The translations under genes and the position numbers were made by a program. DNA of 64,000 bases from Squalus acanthias (Eukaryota): contig CM059432.1 in assembly GCA_030390025.1 (NCBI GenBank), positions 55,120,001-55,184,000 of the forward strand. The letters run 5' to 3'. Position 1 is the first letter of the stretch, and the number at the start of each line of letters is the position of its first letter. Positions 26,281-39,395 of the stretch are shown here, one piece after another. The notes under the pieces were generated by a model that saw only the letters and a list, made by a program, of their open reading frames with translations, did no database searches and was not told the origin of the DNA.

Positions 26281-27380
26281 GTGTGGCATCAAGGAACCCT
26301 CGTAAAATTGAAGTCAATGGGAATCAGGGGGGAAACTCTCCACTAGCTGGAGTCATACCTAGCACAAAGGAAAATGGTTGTGGTTGTTGAAGGTCAATCA
26401 TCTCAGCCCCAGGGCATCGCTGCAGGAGTTCCTCAGGGCAGTGTCCTGGACCCAACCATCTTCAGCTGCTTCATCAATGACCTTCCCTCCAACATAAGGT
26501 CAGAAGTGGGGATGTTCACTGATGACTGCACAGTGTTCAGTTCCATTCGCAACTCCTCAGATAATGAAGCAGTCCATGCCCGCATGCAACAAGGCCTGAA
26601 TTACATTCAGGCTTGGGCTGATAAGTGGCAAGTAACATTCATACCACACAAGTGCCAGACAAGACTATCTCCAACAAGAGAGAGTCTAACCACCTCCCCT
26701 TGACATTCAACGGCATTACCATCACTGAATCCACTACCATCAACATCCTGGGAGTCACCATTGACCAGAAAGTTAACTGGACCAGCCACATAAATACTGT
26801 GACCACAAGAGCGGCGAGTGTCTCACCTCCTGACTCCACAAAGCCTTTCCACCATCTACAAGGCACAAGTCAGGAGTGTGATGGAATACTCTCCACTTGC
26901 CTGGATGAGTGCAGCTCCAACAACACTCAAGAAGCTCAACACCATCCAGGACAAAGCAGCCTGCTTGATTGGCACCCCATCCACCACCTTAAACATTCAC
27001 TCCCTCCACCACCGGCACACCGTGGCTGCAGTGTGTACCATCTACAAGATGCACTGCAGCAACTCGCCAAGGCTTCTTCGACAGCACCTCCCAACCCGCG
27101 ACCTCTACCACCTAGAAGGACAGAGGCAGCAGGCGCATGGGAACACCATCACTTGCAAGTTCCCCTCCAAGTTACACACCATCCTGACTTGGAAATATAT
27201 CGCCGTTCCCTCATCGTTGCTGTGTCAAAATCCTGGAACTCCCTCCCTAACAGCACTGTGGGAGTACCTTCACCACACGGACTGCAGCAGTTCAAGAAGG
27301 CAGCTCAAGGGCAATTAGGGATGGGCAATAAATGCTGGCCTTGCCAGCGACGCCCACATTCCAGGAACTAATAAAAAAAA
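26281..27380 (+). mobile_element. LINE family B, 5'-truncated, with intact 3' end and poly(A)
   Basis: GVPQGSVLDP, FTDD, WADKWQV, MEYSPLAW; ends GGGCAATAAATGCTGGCCTTGCCAGCGACGCCCACAT..AATAAAAAAAA. Confidence 0.92.
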
Positions 27381-28581
27381 GTCTTGTAGCATGCGATTCA
27401 TTTTAAGTTCTTCCTGTAATAAAACACAAACCTAGTTATTTGAAGGAAATCTATCTTAAATATAGTAACTCGTGGCAAAATAATTACAATGTTCCAATTA
27501 CAATTTATGCTGTTATAACCAGAGCTGGAATATAGGCTGATTAATTTAAATATAGCCATTCCCATTTTTAAACTTTCCCTCTCCAATGGGGTAAAAATTG
27601 GCTATGGCCCTTTTTCGGGCACATAACCGACGGTGCACATAGAACGAGGCTTGCCTGAAATTAGGCCACGGGTCTCATTTCAATAATTGGGTGATTTGCC
27701 AGCACCTGTCACACCTCCAGAGGCAGCTCACCCATTGTCAGTATTCCAATTTCGGGCTGCCTGCCTCGCCGCATAGCATACACGTAAGTCCCGGGAGGGA
27801 GAAGGATAACGGGAGGGGGTCCGATCGCGGGCTGGTAGTGACCCTCAGGAGAGCTTTGTGAGCACTCCTGCCCCTCCTGGCTCCACTGGAAAGTTTTTTT
27901 TTACAATCAGTTTGATTGGTGGAACCCTTAATATACATTGGCAAATGTAGCCGGTAGCAAAAGAATAAAAACATGGATGCACTGAAACCTGGTATTCTTA
28001 AGCATGTCTGATGTAAATAAAGGCAATGGCTGAGACATGTATTGAAAATGCCAGCTTCTTACCCACCAAGACAGCTAGCTATCCAAGGAATAGAGACACT
28101 TCAAGGGGAAAAAAGAGAATTTAAACCAAAATTATTTGAATTAAAGGCTAAAAATACTAACACATTAAATATGGAACTCTTAACATTTTGGGGGCTTGAG
28201 GATAAGGCTGTTGTAGAATCTAATCCTGATTTCTAGTCCTTTAAATAGCATAAACTTTCTGTGGTCATTCCCATGTAAAGCGAGCACTGCTTGAAGTATA
28301 TAGCAGGAAATCATATTGTATACTGCAGAATGGGTGGTTGTTTCCATAAGGAATGTGTGGTTTGCAATATCTCTTAGTACCAAAATGAAGTAGTGATTAA
28401 AACTGTCATCATGAAAAGATAATTATAATTTAGTGCATTGTTAAGCATAACAGTATTATTTCTGTCTTTCATAAAATCAAAATAAAAGAGGCAAGGAGAT
28501 CAAGAATTTCTCCCATAAGCATTAAAATAATAGTTATTATTTAATCATTACTTGTTTGAAACCCAACTGTCCAAAACCATT

Positions 28582-28722
28582 AATACAAAAGCAAAATACT
28601 GCGGATGCTGGAAATCTGAAATAAAAACGTTAACGAAGGGTCATCGACCTGAAACGTTAACTCTGTTTCTCTCTCCACAGATGCTGCCTGACCTGCTGAG
28701 TATTTCCAGCATTTTCTGTTTT
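28582..28722. mobile_element. Stand-alone Penelope-type inverted fragment with a 14-bp TSD
   Basis: TGTCCAAAACCATT at 28568-28581 and 28723-28736; the two halves are in opposite orientation; contains ACGAAGGGTCATCGACCTGAAACGTT. Confidence 0.75.
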
Positions 28723-29980
28723 TGTCCAAAACCATTTCTGTTTTAAATTTTAATCCAGCAGCTTTATATGTTCACAGTCATCTTTGAATTACACTGTAGC
28801 AATGTCATGGTTGTGGGGCATAGGTTGATTTCCCCAGCTGAATTGAGAGCCTCAGTTACATGGCTGTAGCCAGAAGCTGAGCAGAAACCAGAATCCTGAG
28901 GTAGAATTGTTATCAGATCTGTTTTTAGTCTCACCTGCAGGAACTGTGTGGCCTGGGAAGACTGGCCTTTGAGACAATAATAGATTTGATATTGTCAAAA
29001 AACATGCATTTTGCATAATTATAAATGTGGATTGAAAATTATAGTAATAAACAAGCCCATCTTATCAAAGGGTCAGACAGGCAATGACATTTTAAGCCTT
29101 GGAAATCTAGTTAGCAGCTTTACTTCCATATGATGAATGGGCAAGTTTATAATCAAGAGACTTGGGCCTGGATTTTGCTCCCACCCATCTGCTGGCACCC
29201 TGACCCCAGTGTATTTTCCAGGGAGAGGCTCGTTTGAAAGCTGCTGCTGGTGGTATTTATGGTGCTCCTGGGTCATCTGCCCTGCGCAGAGTTGGAAATT
29301 GATGCATTTCTTGCCACAGCATAGCGGGGTCGGTGGCCAAAGGGGCTGCAATAACAAAATTATATTTTTTAATTTGTCTTTTAAAACTGCCACATCTTGC
29401 CCAGTGCAACGGATTGCTCTGCAATTGATTCCATTAGGCTTGGCATGCCTTTAATTTTTAAAACTCCTTCTGCAGCCTTAACAACACCAGATGCCAGGTA
29501 AGCAATGGAGTTCCTAATGCCCAGTGTTACTAAAGTGTTAATGGCAGGAAATAGGTCAGATGATGTATTCTGATTGTTGTCCTATTATTTGAATATAGCC
29601 TCCCAAATATGGGCGGGCGTATTCAGCATCCACTGTCACCTCTGGTGGAATATCCTGGAAGTAACAGAGGCCGAGAAGCCACCAGGACAGCTACCCACCA
29701 AAATTCCTGCTCCTGTTGCCCCAAAACAGGCAGAAAAAAGGTGGAAAGTCTGGACCTTGAGCTCCAGCAATCTCTGCCAGGCTATTAAATTTGATAAGCA
29801 GGTACCCCAACTGGCTACCAGTGCAAAAAACTAATTTCTACTCGCATTAAACCTTTTGATAGCAACAGTACTATTTCTGCACTGCATTTAAAAATGGAAC
29901 ACGGTTAATATTAGGGGGATTTTAAACCCTGCCCTCGCCCGGGGGGAACGGGGCAGTCACGCAGTTAAAATAGCCTGGTA

Positions 29981-30553
29981 CAGGAAACTCTTTATTAACC
30001 GGCACCGACGGGACCGGCGTGGTGCCGGTTGATCAAAAAGTCCGGATTACAGAGAGGTATACTTACCAAGGTACGAGAGCCCCGTACATGGCCACAGATC
30101 CAGGAGTCCCTGGTGCACGGCCACAGGTGCAGGAACCCCGGTCACATTAAAGAATTTTCTTTTGAGTAGCCAGCTTTTTTTGATTTAAAAAGTACTATGT
30201 ACAAACCTTAACCTTTGGTCTCAAACAGTATGTGTGGTGCCCTCGATCACAGCCATCACACAACAGCATGTTTTCTGCATCTCCCTTCTTGTGACAGATC
30301 TTACAGCGATCTTACAGCGAGCATTCAGCAAAGACTTGGCCCATATAATGCTACGATCCAGTGTAGAGAGATGAAGGAAAACCCCGGTTACACGGCCACA
30401 GATCCAGGAGTCCCTGGTGCACGGCCACAGGTGCAGGAACCCCGGTTACACGGCCACTAATATATAGTAAAACTTACCTGAACCTACTCCTGAATTTTGC
30501 CGGTTAAGAGAGATTTCCGGATATTTAGGTGTCGGTTAAAAGAGAGTTTCCTG
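29981..30553. mobile_element. Tc1/mariner-superfamily (Tigger/pogo-like) MITE with TA duplication, nested in the Harbinger
   Basis: TA-CAGGAAACTCTTTATTAACCGGCACC .. GGTGTCGGTTAAAAGAGAGTTTCCTG-TA (26-bp TIR, 3 mismatches). Confidence 0.85.
30080..30457. repeat. About 29-bp minisatellite in two blocks (about 30080-30146 and 30381-30457) inside the MITE
   Basis: Units ACGGCCACAGATCCAGGAGTCCCTGGTGC and ACGGCCACAGGTGCAGGAACCCCGGTTAC. Confidence 0.85.
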
Positions 30554-31866
30554 TAATACTTAACACCTGAATCCTCTTTGATTCCCACCCATCACCATAT
30601 TAACCACACACTTTTTTTTAGGCGGCAGAGTTGCCCGCCTTTCAATACATGCAAATTGGGGTTCTCTGATGTCATTAGGACCCCGATGCAATTTTACCAC
30701 AAAATAGCAGGAGTTCCACCCAATGATGAACCCGCTGAGTAAGAGCTAGCAGAATTGGTTTCAGAGAGCCACTGGAAGGGGCACTCAGCTGCAGGCATTC
30801 AGATCATAGGGATCTGTGTGCTATTGTGCTTTTTAGATTTCAAAGGAAAATTTGAGCTTGGAGAATGCTTGCTTCTACTTTTTTTGCTCTACCTTGAATC
30901 AGAGCTTCTGATAGATGCCATTCTGTCTGCTTTGATTTGGATGGCGGAAGAGGAGGAGAAGAGGAGCAGCAACAGCAACAACATCAGCAGCAGGCTCAAC
31001 AAAAAGGGGGAGCAGCAGTTGGACCTGTTAGAGGACAGCAGGTGTGGGGGGCTGCTCATAGAAAGCCTTACCCAGCCCACCAGGTCTATGGGCTGAATGA
31101 ATTTCCTTGATCTGTCTGAGGAGCAGTGCATGAGAAGGCTGTTCTCTGCAGCCTCCTGCAAAAAGACCTGCTGGGGCAGGTGGTCATGCTTTGCCAATGG
31201 CTGTGAAAGTCACCACCATCCTTACCTTCTCTGCCTCAGGCTCGTTTCTGTGTTATATTATCGGAAATTAATGTCATGAAAGCTGCAAAAGATATTCAGT
31301 ACACAAACAGCTGCTTTTAACAGACCAGCATTCAAGGAAATGTTGAAGAGTTACAATGACCAGATTTAAATTTCCCAAAAGTGGATGAACTTGGAGACGG
31401 CAAGGCCTAGATTTTTAAAACTGTATGAACCTCCCTTGATTTTATTAAATGCAACATGATCTGCTGGGACATTGCTCATACTGGACTTCTCTAATTTTGA
31501 GCTTTAAAATAATATTTTACTTCTGAAAAAGTCTAGGTTTAATTTTTTATTTGCTGTAATGTTACATATGTTACTATGTATTGCTTTGGTATGAAACAGT
31601 GCAATGATAGGTTCCCCTTATTCCCCTTCAGATATTTGCAACTAAAAGGGAACTGTTTCTGAACTGGAGGCAAGGTTTCTGGTATTGTTATGAGATTACT
31701 GTGCATGTGGACACTGTTATGAAATAATGGTTTTTTTTTCAAATGGCTAAGTTGCTGGAGCAACCTTAGTTCAAAATCTGCTTTGTCAGCCACCCGTGTA
31801 GTTTGATCCTGAAACTTTCACAAAATGCTCTTTTGATTTTCATGTTAGTTTGTTATTAAACATAAT

Positions 31867-32764
31867 GGCCCGGAGTTTGCAGTCAGCAGCGAAGCGAAGG
31901 CCTCGAAGTAAGCTTCGCACAAGGATCTCCCGATCCCTGTGTCGAGAACTTCGAGTTTTCCAACCTTCAATTCAAATCAATGAAGTATAGTGGGGATCCC
32001 CTAGTGTGAACTGCTGTGACATCAACAGGCTCTTTAAGCAGCCAATCAAAATGCAGAATTCTCACAGACAGCGAACAAGGAAGTGAGTAAGCTCTTAAAA
32101 TTCTAACTTTTTAAAAAATGTTAGAGAGCGCAAAACAAAGATTAGGGCTCTCACATGGGGAAAAGGCCATCCTGAAATAAAAACAACAGCAAAATACTGC
32201 AGATGCTGGAAATCTGAAATAAAAACAGAAAATGCTGAAATACTCAGCAGGTCAGGCAGCATCAGTGGAGAGAGAAACAGAGTTAATGTTTCAGGTCAAT
32301 GACCTGAGGTAAAGATGGACAAACTTAAAAAAATTTGAAGAGTTTCTTAAAAATCTTAATTTTTATTAAAATGGACAAATTTCATACGGCACAAAATTAA
32401 AATTAGTTTTCCAGGCCCTTAACATTTGTTTAGCAGTAATAACGCTGTTAAAACCCCAGTTACACCTCATCCCTTTGGGTCTAACTTTTAGTGGGGATTT
32501 TAACAGGGTAATTACTGCGAAAGAGCTGAAATTTTCGTCAGTTTCCCTGATTTGGGTGATTACACAGATTGCCGGCTCTGTGGGGGGGCGGGGTGGGGGC
32601 TGCACAACACAGCCAGTTTCAGAGCTGCCAATGACACACTGCAACTTTGGGATTTTTGCATGTGCCTGCGCATGTGCCAAATCCCGAAATTGTGGTCACT
32701 TTCAAAGGCAAAATGACGGCGAACACAGCCAGTTTGCCGTCATCCCGACCACAAATTCCGGGCC
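31867..32764. mobile_element. Harbinger-type MITE, family M1, copy 2
   Basis: GGCCCGGAGTTTGCAGTC .. GACCACAAATTCCGGGCC; flanks AAT / AGT; colinear with 2337-3466. Confidence 0.85.
32176..32306. repeat. Penelope-type fragment nested in M1 copy 2
   Basis: AAATACTGCAGATGCTGGAAATCTGAAATAAAAACAGAAAATGCTG..TTTCAGGTCAATGACCT; absent from M1 copy 1. Confidence 0.7.
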
Positions 32765-32790
32765 AGTAGTTAGATTTTCCATCAGATGGG

Positions 32791-33118
32791 GGGGACGATT
32801 TTCAACTGCTGGCTTTTCTGTTTACAAGGCATCCAACAGTTGAAATTGGAAGGGAAACAACACCTGCCCCTTGGACCCCCAAGGACCGCTTGATGCAATT
32901 TTCAGGTGGGTCTGTAAATGGGTACCCAGCACTCCCACCCAAAACAAGCCGGAGTTTGCTTGCATATGCAAATCAAGAGCCTTAAAGGGACCACTAGAAG
33001 TCGCTCCAAAATCAGCCTGGAAAAATTCAGGGCGGAGGAGGGGGACTTTTGTGTGGCCTGGAGGAGCAGGAATCGATCAAGCAGGTGTCCGTTTTGTCGA
33101 AAGTTGAAAATTGTCCCC
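32791..33118. mobile_element. Harbinger-type MITE, family M2
   Basis: TIR GGGGACGATTTTCAAC / GTTGAAAATTGTCCCC (15 of 16 match); GGAGGAGCAGGA core. Confidence 0.75.
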
Positions 33119-33231
33119 AAGGACTAGCGTAATGATTGAAGCAATGACATTTTGTCACCGTTTGTCTCATTATGCACTCCTCTGAGTATAGATCTGATGG
33201 AGTCTTACAAGAGACTTTATTGAAAGATAAT

Positions 33232-34076
33232 GGGGGAGAAAGTTTAGCGCCTGGCGCTAATTATCGCCTCCAACTGCAAACTTGGCTTCTATCGCCCCTG
33301 GAGGTGATTGGAGCGCTAAATCAGGCGCTACACACCTCTCTTAAGGTGCTAACGCCGAAGAGCGAGGTGCTACCTCAGAGCGCTGGCAAAGCTCATGTGA
33401 TGTCAGTCAGCAATGGAACACAGACACACTGGCGCCGGCCAGTTCTTAAAGGGGAGGGTCGATCTTGCGCTCCATCCACACCCTGCTCATTGCAGCCTTG
33501 AATCTCAGCCTGGAGAGACCTGTACATCAATTCTGCTGGAAAGAACAATGGAGAGGCCCAGGAAAAGAGCTCAGAGTGCAGCCCCCATAATCTCTTCTAA
33601 ATCGATGCAAGGAAGGTCAAATCAAAATGAACCTGCAAAGTGCTGCTCAGTCACCCAAAACTCCTTCACACAGCGTTGAATCTCTCCAGAAGTCTCTCTC
33701 TCTCTCAGAGTGCATGGTGCAAAAATGTCACCGACAAAAAAAGGCAGGAAGCGGTCGCCTTTAAATAGCGCTCCCCCAGTCCCTTCCCGACTGCAAAACG
33801 CTCCCCTCAACCTGTCGTTACTAGCGGCAGGTGGAAAGGCAGGGGGTGCCACTGTATATCCGGTCTGGGGCGCTACCGGGGCGTTGCACACTCGACTGAC
33901 GGCACGATCTGCGGGCGCAGGAGATCATGGCGGTAGTGTTTCGCGCCGCTGCAAAATGTCTGGTCAATTTCACGAGCGGCACAAACATCGCCACGCCCGG
34001 ACACTAGTAGCTTTGCGCCCCATTAGCACCCTAGAGGGCGCTAACGGGAGGCGCAAAGCAACCGAATTTTTCCCCC
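33232..34076. mobile_element. Non-autonomous Harbinger derivative
   Basis: AAT at 33229-33231 and 34077-34079; ends GGGGGAGAAAG / GAATTTTTCCCCC; a short Myb-start-like MERPRKRA at 33548. Confidence 0.8.
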
Positions 34077-34625
34077 AATGTCTCTTTAACAATTTTATTA
34101 ACTCCTTCAGAGTGTAAGGTGACCTGGTAGCATAGCATGATGTGTCCTGAAGTCCTGGTGTCAGTGTGTGCTTCAACCACATGGTGGAGGGCCCTTACAA
34201 AACAAGTCACACTGTCCCATCATCTGCAGTCAGGCAGAGGTGCACTGCAGCCCCACAGTGAGGGAAGGAAAACAGGAGGGCATGCCAGACTGGTATTATA
34301 CACCTCTATATAGTCCACAGCAGATTACCATTGCCAGATACTTGCGGCCAACTGCTTTGCTTGCCAGGCGTGTGTAGGTTTGGCCAAAGAGGATAAAAAT
34401 TCTTAAAAGGGGAAGAAAAAATCTCAGACAAAGAATATATATTTTTTGGTGGAGATAGAATCAGATTAATGTATATATCATCTTGCATTACTTCCCAAAA
34501 CAGAAACCATAAAGCAATTTGGTAATGTAATCATAAAGATTCTGTGAGCCCTCATTGCTGGTAGACAAGGCTATCTGCCACCAGTGCGTACTCAGAAAAT
34601 TACACCCAGAGGGTTGGAAGACAAT

Positions 34626-35107
34626 GGCCCGTATTTTCCGATGCCTACGGGTATGTATGCGCATGTGCTGAAAACCGGCATTTCCGATCTGTCAAGAATG
34701 TTCTTGACAGATCGAACGCCTGCCCTAGAGAAGGGCCTCTGCGGGTGGAGAGTTCCGCTTTCTGCAGAACCTCCGCCCGCAGAAAACCCTTAGAAATCTT
34801 ACGCCTGGTAAAACGTGATTTAAAAAAATTATTATTTAATGTTTTAGTGTCTTTTTGGGGTGATCTCCATTCATATACTTGACAGGTCTATCTGCCAAAA
34901 GTATGAAGGGAGATTCCCTTCTCCTATTGGCTGGGATGCTTGCGAACTGCATGCGCCTCTGGGATACGTGGGCCCTGCGCATTTCAACTGTGGAGAGGCC
35001 CAGGAGCGGAAGTGTCCGGACCTCGGGAGCCCTCAGGTAAGTTCATAGATTTTTTTCCGAAAGGAGGCATCCGCACACTGGAAACCTCTTATCGGAAATT
35101 ACGGGCA
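34626..35107. mobile_element. Harbinger-type MITE
   Basis: 17-bp TIR GGCCCGTATTTTCCGAT / ATCGGAAATTACGGGCA (15 of 17 match). Confidence 0.75.
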
Positions 35108-36087
35108 CTGACTTGCACAAAAGTTTTTCTTTTACGCTGTTACAAACACATTTATTTTTCATCCAAATAGTTTTCTCAGTGGGGTGGGGGGGGGATAGAT
35201 TTTGACTGTTTGCTGTTTCTTGCAAATTGTTAATGTGTTTTTCATGCTCACATTCACTATTTTGCTACAAATAGCAAACAGCCAAAATCTTTCCACCAGA
35301 TGTTCATATATGTGACATCAGTGCACAGGACTACTAGGAAAATGGAAACGGGCAAGGTTTATGGTACTGATATGAGATTACTATGTATGTGGTTACTCTT
35401 GTAAAATAATGGCTAAAGTTTTGTAAATGTGTCTGCTTGGCTTTTTGGTGTTTAACAAAAAAAAACTTCTGTTTCATAGAGAAAAGTGGGAATGACTGAC
35501 ATTCAGACAAATAAACATGTTGGTGAAATTTCAAATTCCAATTTCAACACAGCGGTAGTAATTACTAAAACATTTTAGTAACGTTGTTTATGGTTCCTAC
35601 ATCAGAAATAGCAGCTGCTGTCCAGATGCTTGCTAAGTTTTTTAAAAATGTAACTCCATAGAGATATTTGTAGTTTCTAATTTTATCCATGTATCTCTTG
35701 TAGAATCTTCTGTTACTCTTTTCAGTCCATGAGTCGGTACTGTTTTAGTGTAAAACTTATTTTATTGCAAAGCAGTTCCATCTGTTCCTTGATGAAGTAT
35801 TTTCTAACTCCCTTCACACCCAGATCACATATGTGTGCAACAAATGGTTAAGATTGTTTTAACTTTCATTAAATATCCACAGTGGGACTGGTAATTAAGA
35901 GAACAGTATATGTGTTGGTCACTTTTAGAATTTGGAGTCTGTAGACAAATGCAGGGTAGAGTGAAATCACTAATACTCCATCATAGAATGGAAGATTTCC
36001 ACACGCCAAGTTTTGTTTTATGTATGAGCAAAAGAGAATATGCTCACTGTTTAAACTTTACCATCTGTTTTCCTTTCATTCATACGC

Positions 36088-39000
36088 TAAGAACATAAGA
36101 ACATAAGAAATAGGAGCAGGAGTAGGCCATTTGGCTCCTCGAGCCTGCTCCGCCATTCAAGAAGATCATGGCTGATTTTCGACCTCAACTCCACTTTCCT
36201 GCACCATCCCCATATCCCTTGATTCCCATAATATCCAAAAATCTATCGATCTCTATCTTGAATATACTCAACGACTGAGCCTCCACAGCTCTCTGGGGTA
36301 GGGAATTCCAAAGATTTACCACCCTCTGAGTGAAGAAATTTCTCCTCATCTCAGTCCTAAATGGCCAACCCCTTATGCTGACCCCTGGTTCTAGACTCCC
36401 CAGCCAGGGCAACCATCCTCCTTGCATCTACCCTGTCAAGCCCTGTAAAAATTTTGTATGTTTCAATGAGATCACCTCTCATTCTTCTCAACTCTAGAGA
36501 ATATAGGCCTAGTCTACTCAATCTCTCCTCATGGGACAAATCCCCATCCCAGGAATCAGTCTGGTGAACCTTCATTGCACTCCCTCTATGGCAAGTATAT
36601 CCTTCCTTAGGTAAGGAGACCAAAACTATACACAATACTCCAGGTGTGGTCTCACCAGGGCCCTATATAATTGCAGTAAGACGTCTTTACTCAAATCCTC
36701 TTGTAATAAAGGCCACATACCATTTGCTTTCCTAATTGCTTGCTGTACCTACATGTTAACTTTCAGTGATTCGTGTACAAGGACACCCAGGTCCCTCTGA
36801 ACACCAACATTTCCCAATCTCTCACCATTTAAAAAATACTCTGCTTTTCTATTTTTCCTACCAAAGTGGATAACTTCACATTTCTCTACATTATATTCCA
36901 TTTGCCATGTTCTTGCCCACTCACTTTGCCTGTCTATATCCCCTTGAAGCCTCCTTGCATCTTCCTCACAACTTACATTCCCACCCAGCTTTGTATCATC
37001 AGCAAACTTGGATATATTACATTTGGTCCCCTCATCCAAATCATTGATATAGATTGTGAATAGCTGAGGCCCAAGCACTGATCCTTGCGGTACCCCACTA
37101 GTTACAGCCTGCCAACCCGAAAATGACCCGTTTATTCCTACTCTCTGTTTTCTGCCCATTAACCAATCCTCAATCCATGCTAGTATATTCCCCCCATCCC
37201 TTGAGCCCTAATTTTGTTTAATAACCTCTTGTGTGGCACCTTATCGAATGCCTTCTGAAAATCCAAATACACCACATCCACTGGTATCCCCTTATCTATT
37301 CTGCTAGTTACAACCTCAAAAAACTCTACCAGATTCGTCAAACACGATTTCCCTTTCATAAATCCGTGTTGACTCTGCCCAATCCTATTATGATTTTCTA
37401 AGTGACCTGTTATCATGTCCTTAATAATCGATTCTAGCATTTTCCCTACAACTGATGTCAGGCTAACTGGTCTGTAGTTCCCCGTTTTCTCTCTCCCTCC
37501 TTTCTTAAACAGTGGGGTTACATTTGCTACCTTCCAATCTGCGGGAACCGTTCTAGAATCTATTGAATTTTAGAAAATGACAACCAATGCATCCACTATC
37601 TCTATAGCCAGCTCTTTCAAAACCCTAGGGTGTAGGCCATCAGGTCCAGGGGATTTATCGGCTTTCAATCCCATTAATTTCTCCAGTACTACTTTTTTAC
37701 TAATACTAATTTCTTTCAGTTTCTCGCTAGACCCTTGATTCTCCACTATTTATGGGGAAGTTTCTTGTGTCTTCTTCTGCGAAGACAGACACAAAAGGGC
37801 CGATTTTGCCAGCGCTCAGGGTTGGGTTTGGAGGCTGGACTGCTGGCAAAATCAAAAAGATTGGCAGCGGGTCCCAAACCCGCTTCCAACCCACCTCCAA
37901 TCAATCTTCCTGGCAGTCAGGTCCCCGATTTGCGCAGGGACCCGACTCCTAGCAGCGGGAAGAGGATTATAGCCACTTAACTGCTTGTTAACAGGTAGTT
38001 AACAGGCAGTTAAGAGGCTTTTTCCAATTTTGACACTTCTCCTGTGGGCTTCCCGATGTCGGGAAACCCTGCCAGGGTAAGTGTGGCGTGCTGTGGGTCT
38101 ACTGTAATGTTTGTGTATAGATGGCAGCTGCAGAAGTGGTGTGAAGGATCCAATGGGACACTGGTGAGTTGCAGAGGTAAGAAAATGTTGGGAAAGCCAT
38201 TTTTAATGTGTTTAGAATTTTCTGCACATGACAAGCTTTGAAGTGTTTGTGTCGTCCCACCTCATTGGGAGAACCTCTCTCACCAGTGACAGATCGCTTC
38301 TGTAACCTCACCTGCAGCTGCCATCCGTTTTAGCCTAAGGAGAGAGTCACTGGAGAGCCTGGGTGCAAGGACGCACCTTTGTACAGTGATTGTCAGTGTT
38401 TGTAGCACCTCAATGCTGTCAAACACTGAAAAAATCATCTGTCAAAAAGTAATGGTGGTGGCCCCTTTAAGAAAACCGGCAGATGACGCGTCATCAACTG
38501 ACGTCATCTGACACCGGCTTTCTCTTAATTGGCCGGCAAGCCCACAGGGCGCGCTTAACAAGGCCAATTGACGCAAAATAGCGTCTGTGTGTCGGACGTC
38601 GCTGGGGGCGGGACTAGAACCTGAAAGGCAGCAGTCCCACCCCCAAAGCGCCTCTTCAGGTAAGATCCCGGCCAAAGTATTTGTTTAATTTCTCTGCCAT
38701 TTCCTTACTCCCCATTATAATTTCTCCTGTCTCAGCCTGTAAGGGACCCACATGTACTTTCGCTAGTCTTTTCCTTTTTACATACCTATAGAAGCTTTTA
38801 CAGTCTGTTTTTATGTCTCTCGCTAGTTTACTCTCATATTCTATTTTCCCTTTCTTTATCAATTTCTTGGTCCTCCTTTGCTGAATTCTAAAATCCTCCC
38901 AATCCTCAGGCTTACTATTCTTTTTGGCAACATTATAAGCCTCTTCCTTTGATCTAATACTATCTTTAACTTCTCTTGTTAGCCACTGTTGGACCACTTT

Positions 39001-39395
39001 TCCTGTGGGGTTTTTGTGCCTTAAAGGAATGTATATTTGTTGTAAATTATGTATTAATTCTTTAAATGCTCGCCATTGCTTCTCTACCGTCATACCTTTT
39101 AATGTAGTTTCCTAATCTACCTTAGCCAACTCGCCTCTCATATCTATGTAGTTTACTTTGTTTAGATTTAAGAACCAAGTTTGGGATTTAACTAAATCAC
39201 TTTCAAACTCAATATAAAATTCTATCATATTATGGTCACTCTTCCCTAAAAGCCCCTTTACTACAAGGTTATTAATTAACCCTTTCTCGTTGCACAATAC
39301 TAGATCTAAAATAGCCTGTTCCCGAGTTGGTTCCTCAACATACTGATCTAGAAAACTATCTTGCATACATTCCACGAATTTGTCTTCCACACTAT
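36088..39395 (-). mobile_element. CR1/HER1-type LINE covering the end of the APE endonuclease through RT and the 3' tail, split by a DNA transposon
   Basis: Minus-strand ORFs give LDLVLCN..GKSDHNMIEF, SQHGFMKGKSCLTNL, GVPQGSVLGPQLF..KFADDTKL and RRMRGDLIETYK; tail (TTCTTATG)n at 36088-36110. Confidence 0.93.
37796..38673. mobile_element. Harbinger-type non-autonomous element inserted in the CR1
   Basis: Removing it and one AAA (37793-37795 / 38674-38676) restores the CR1 reading NKYFVSVF; degenerate ends AGGGCCGATTTTGCC / GGTAAGATCCCGGCC. Confidence 0.85.

Larger units (their letters stand above)
29914..31250 (+). mobile_element. Truncated Harbinger (left end plus transposase N-terminal remnant near 30940-31250)
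   Basis: GGGGGATTTTAAAC start; MAEEEEKRSS.. leader, MNFLDLSEEQCMRRL, AVKVTTILTFSASGSF. Confidence 0.7.

Noticed and set aside
30058..30068. ATACTTACC as the 5' end of a U1 snRNA
   Set aside because: No further U1 similarity; the motif is the reverse complement of a splice-donor-like sequence found in several repeats here.
30080..30457. 29-bp repeats as a CRISPR array
   Set aside because: Units are head-to-tail without unique spacers, lie inside a TA-flanked MITE, and there are no cas genes; the DNA is eukaryotic.
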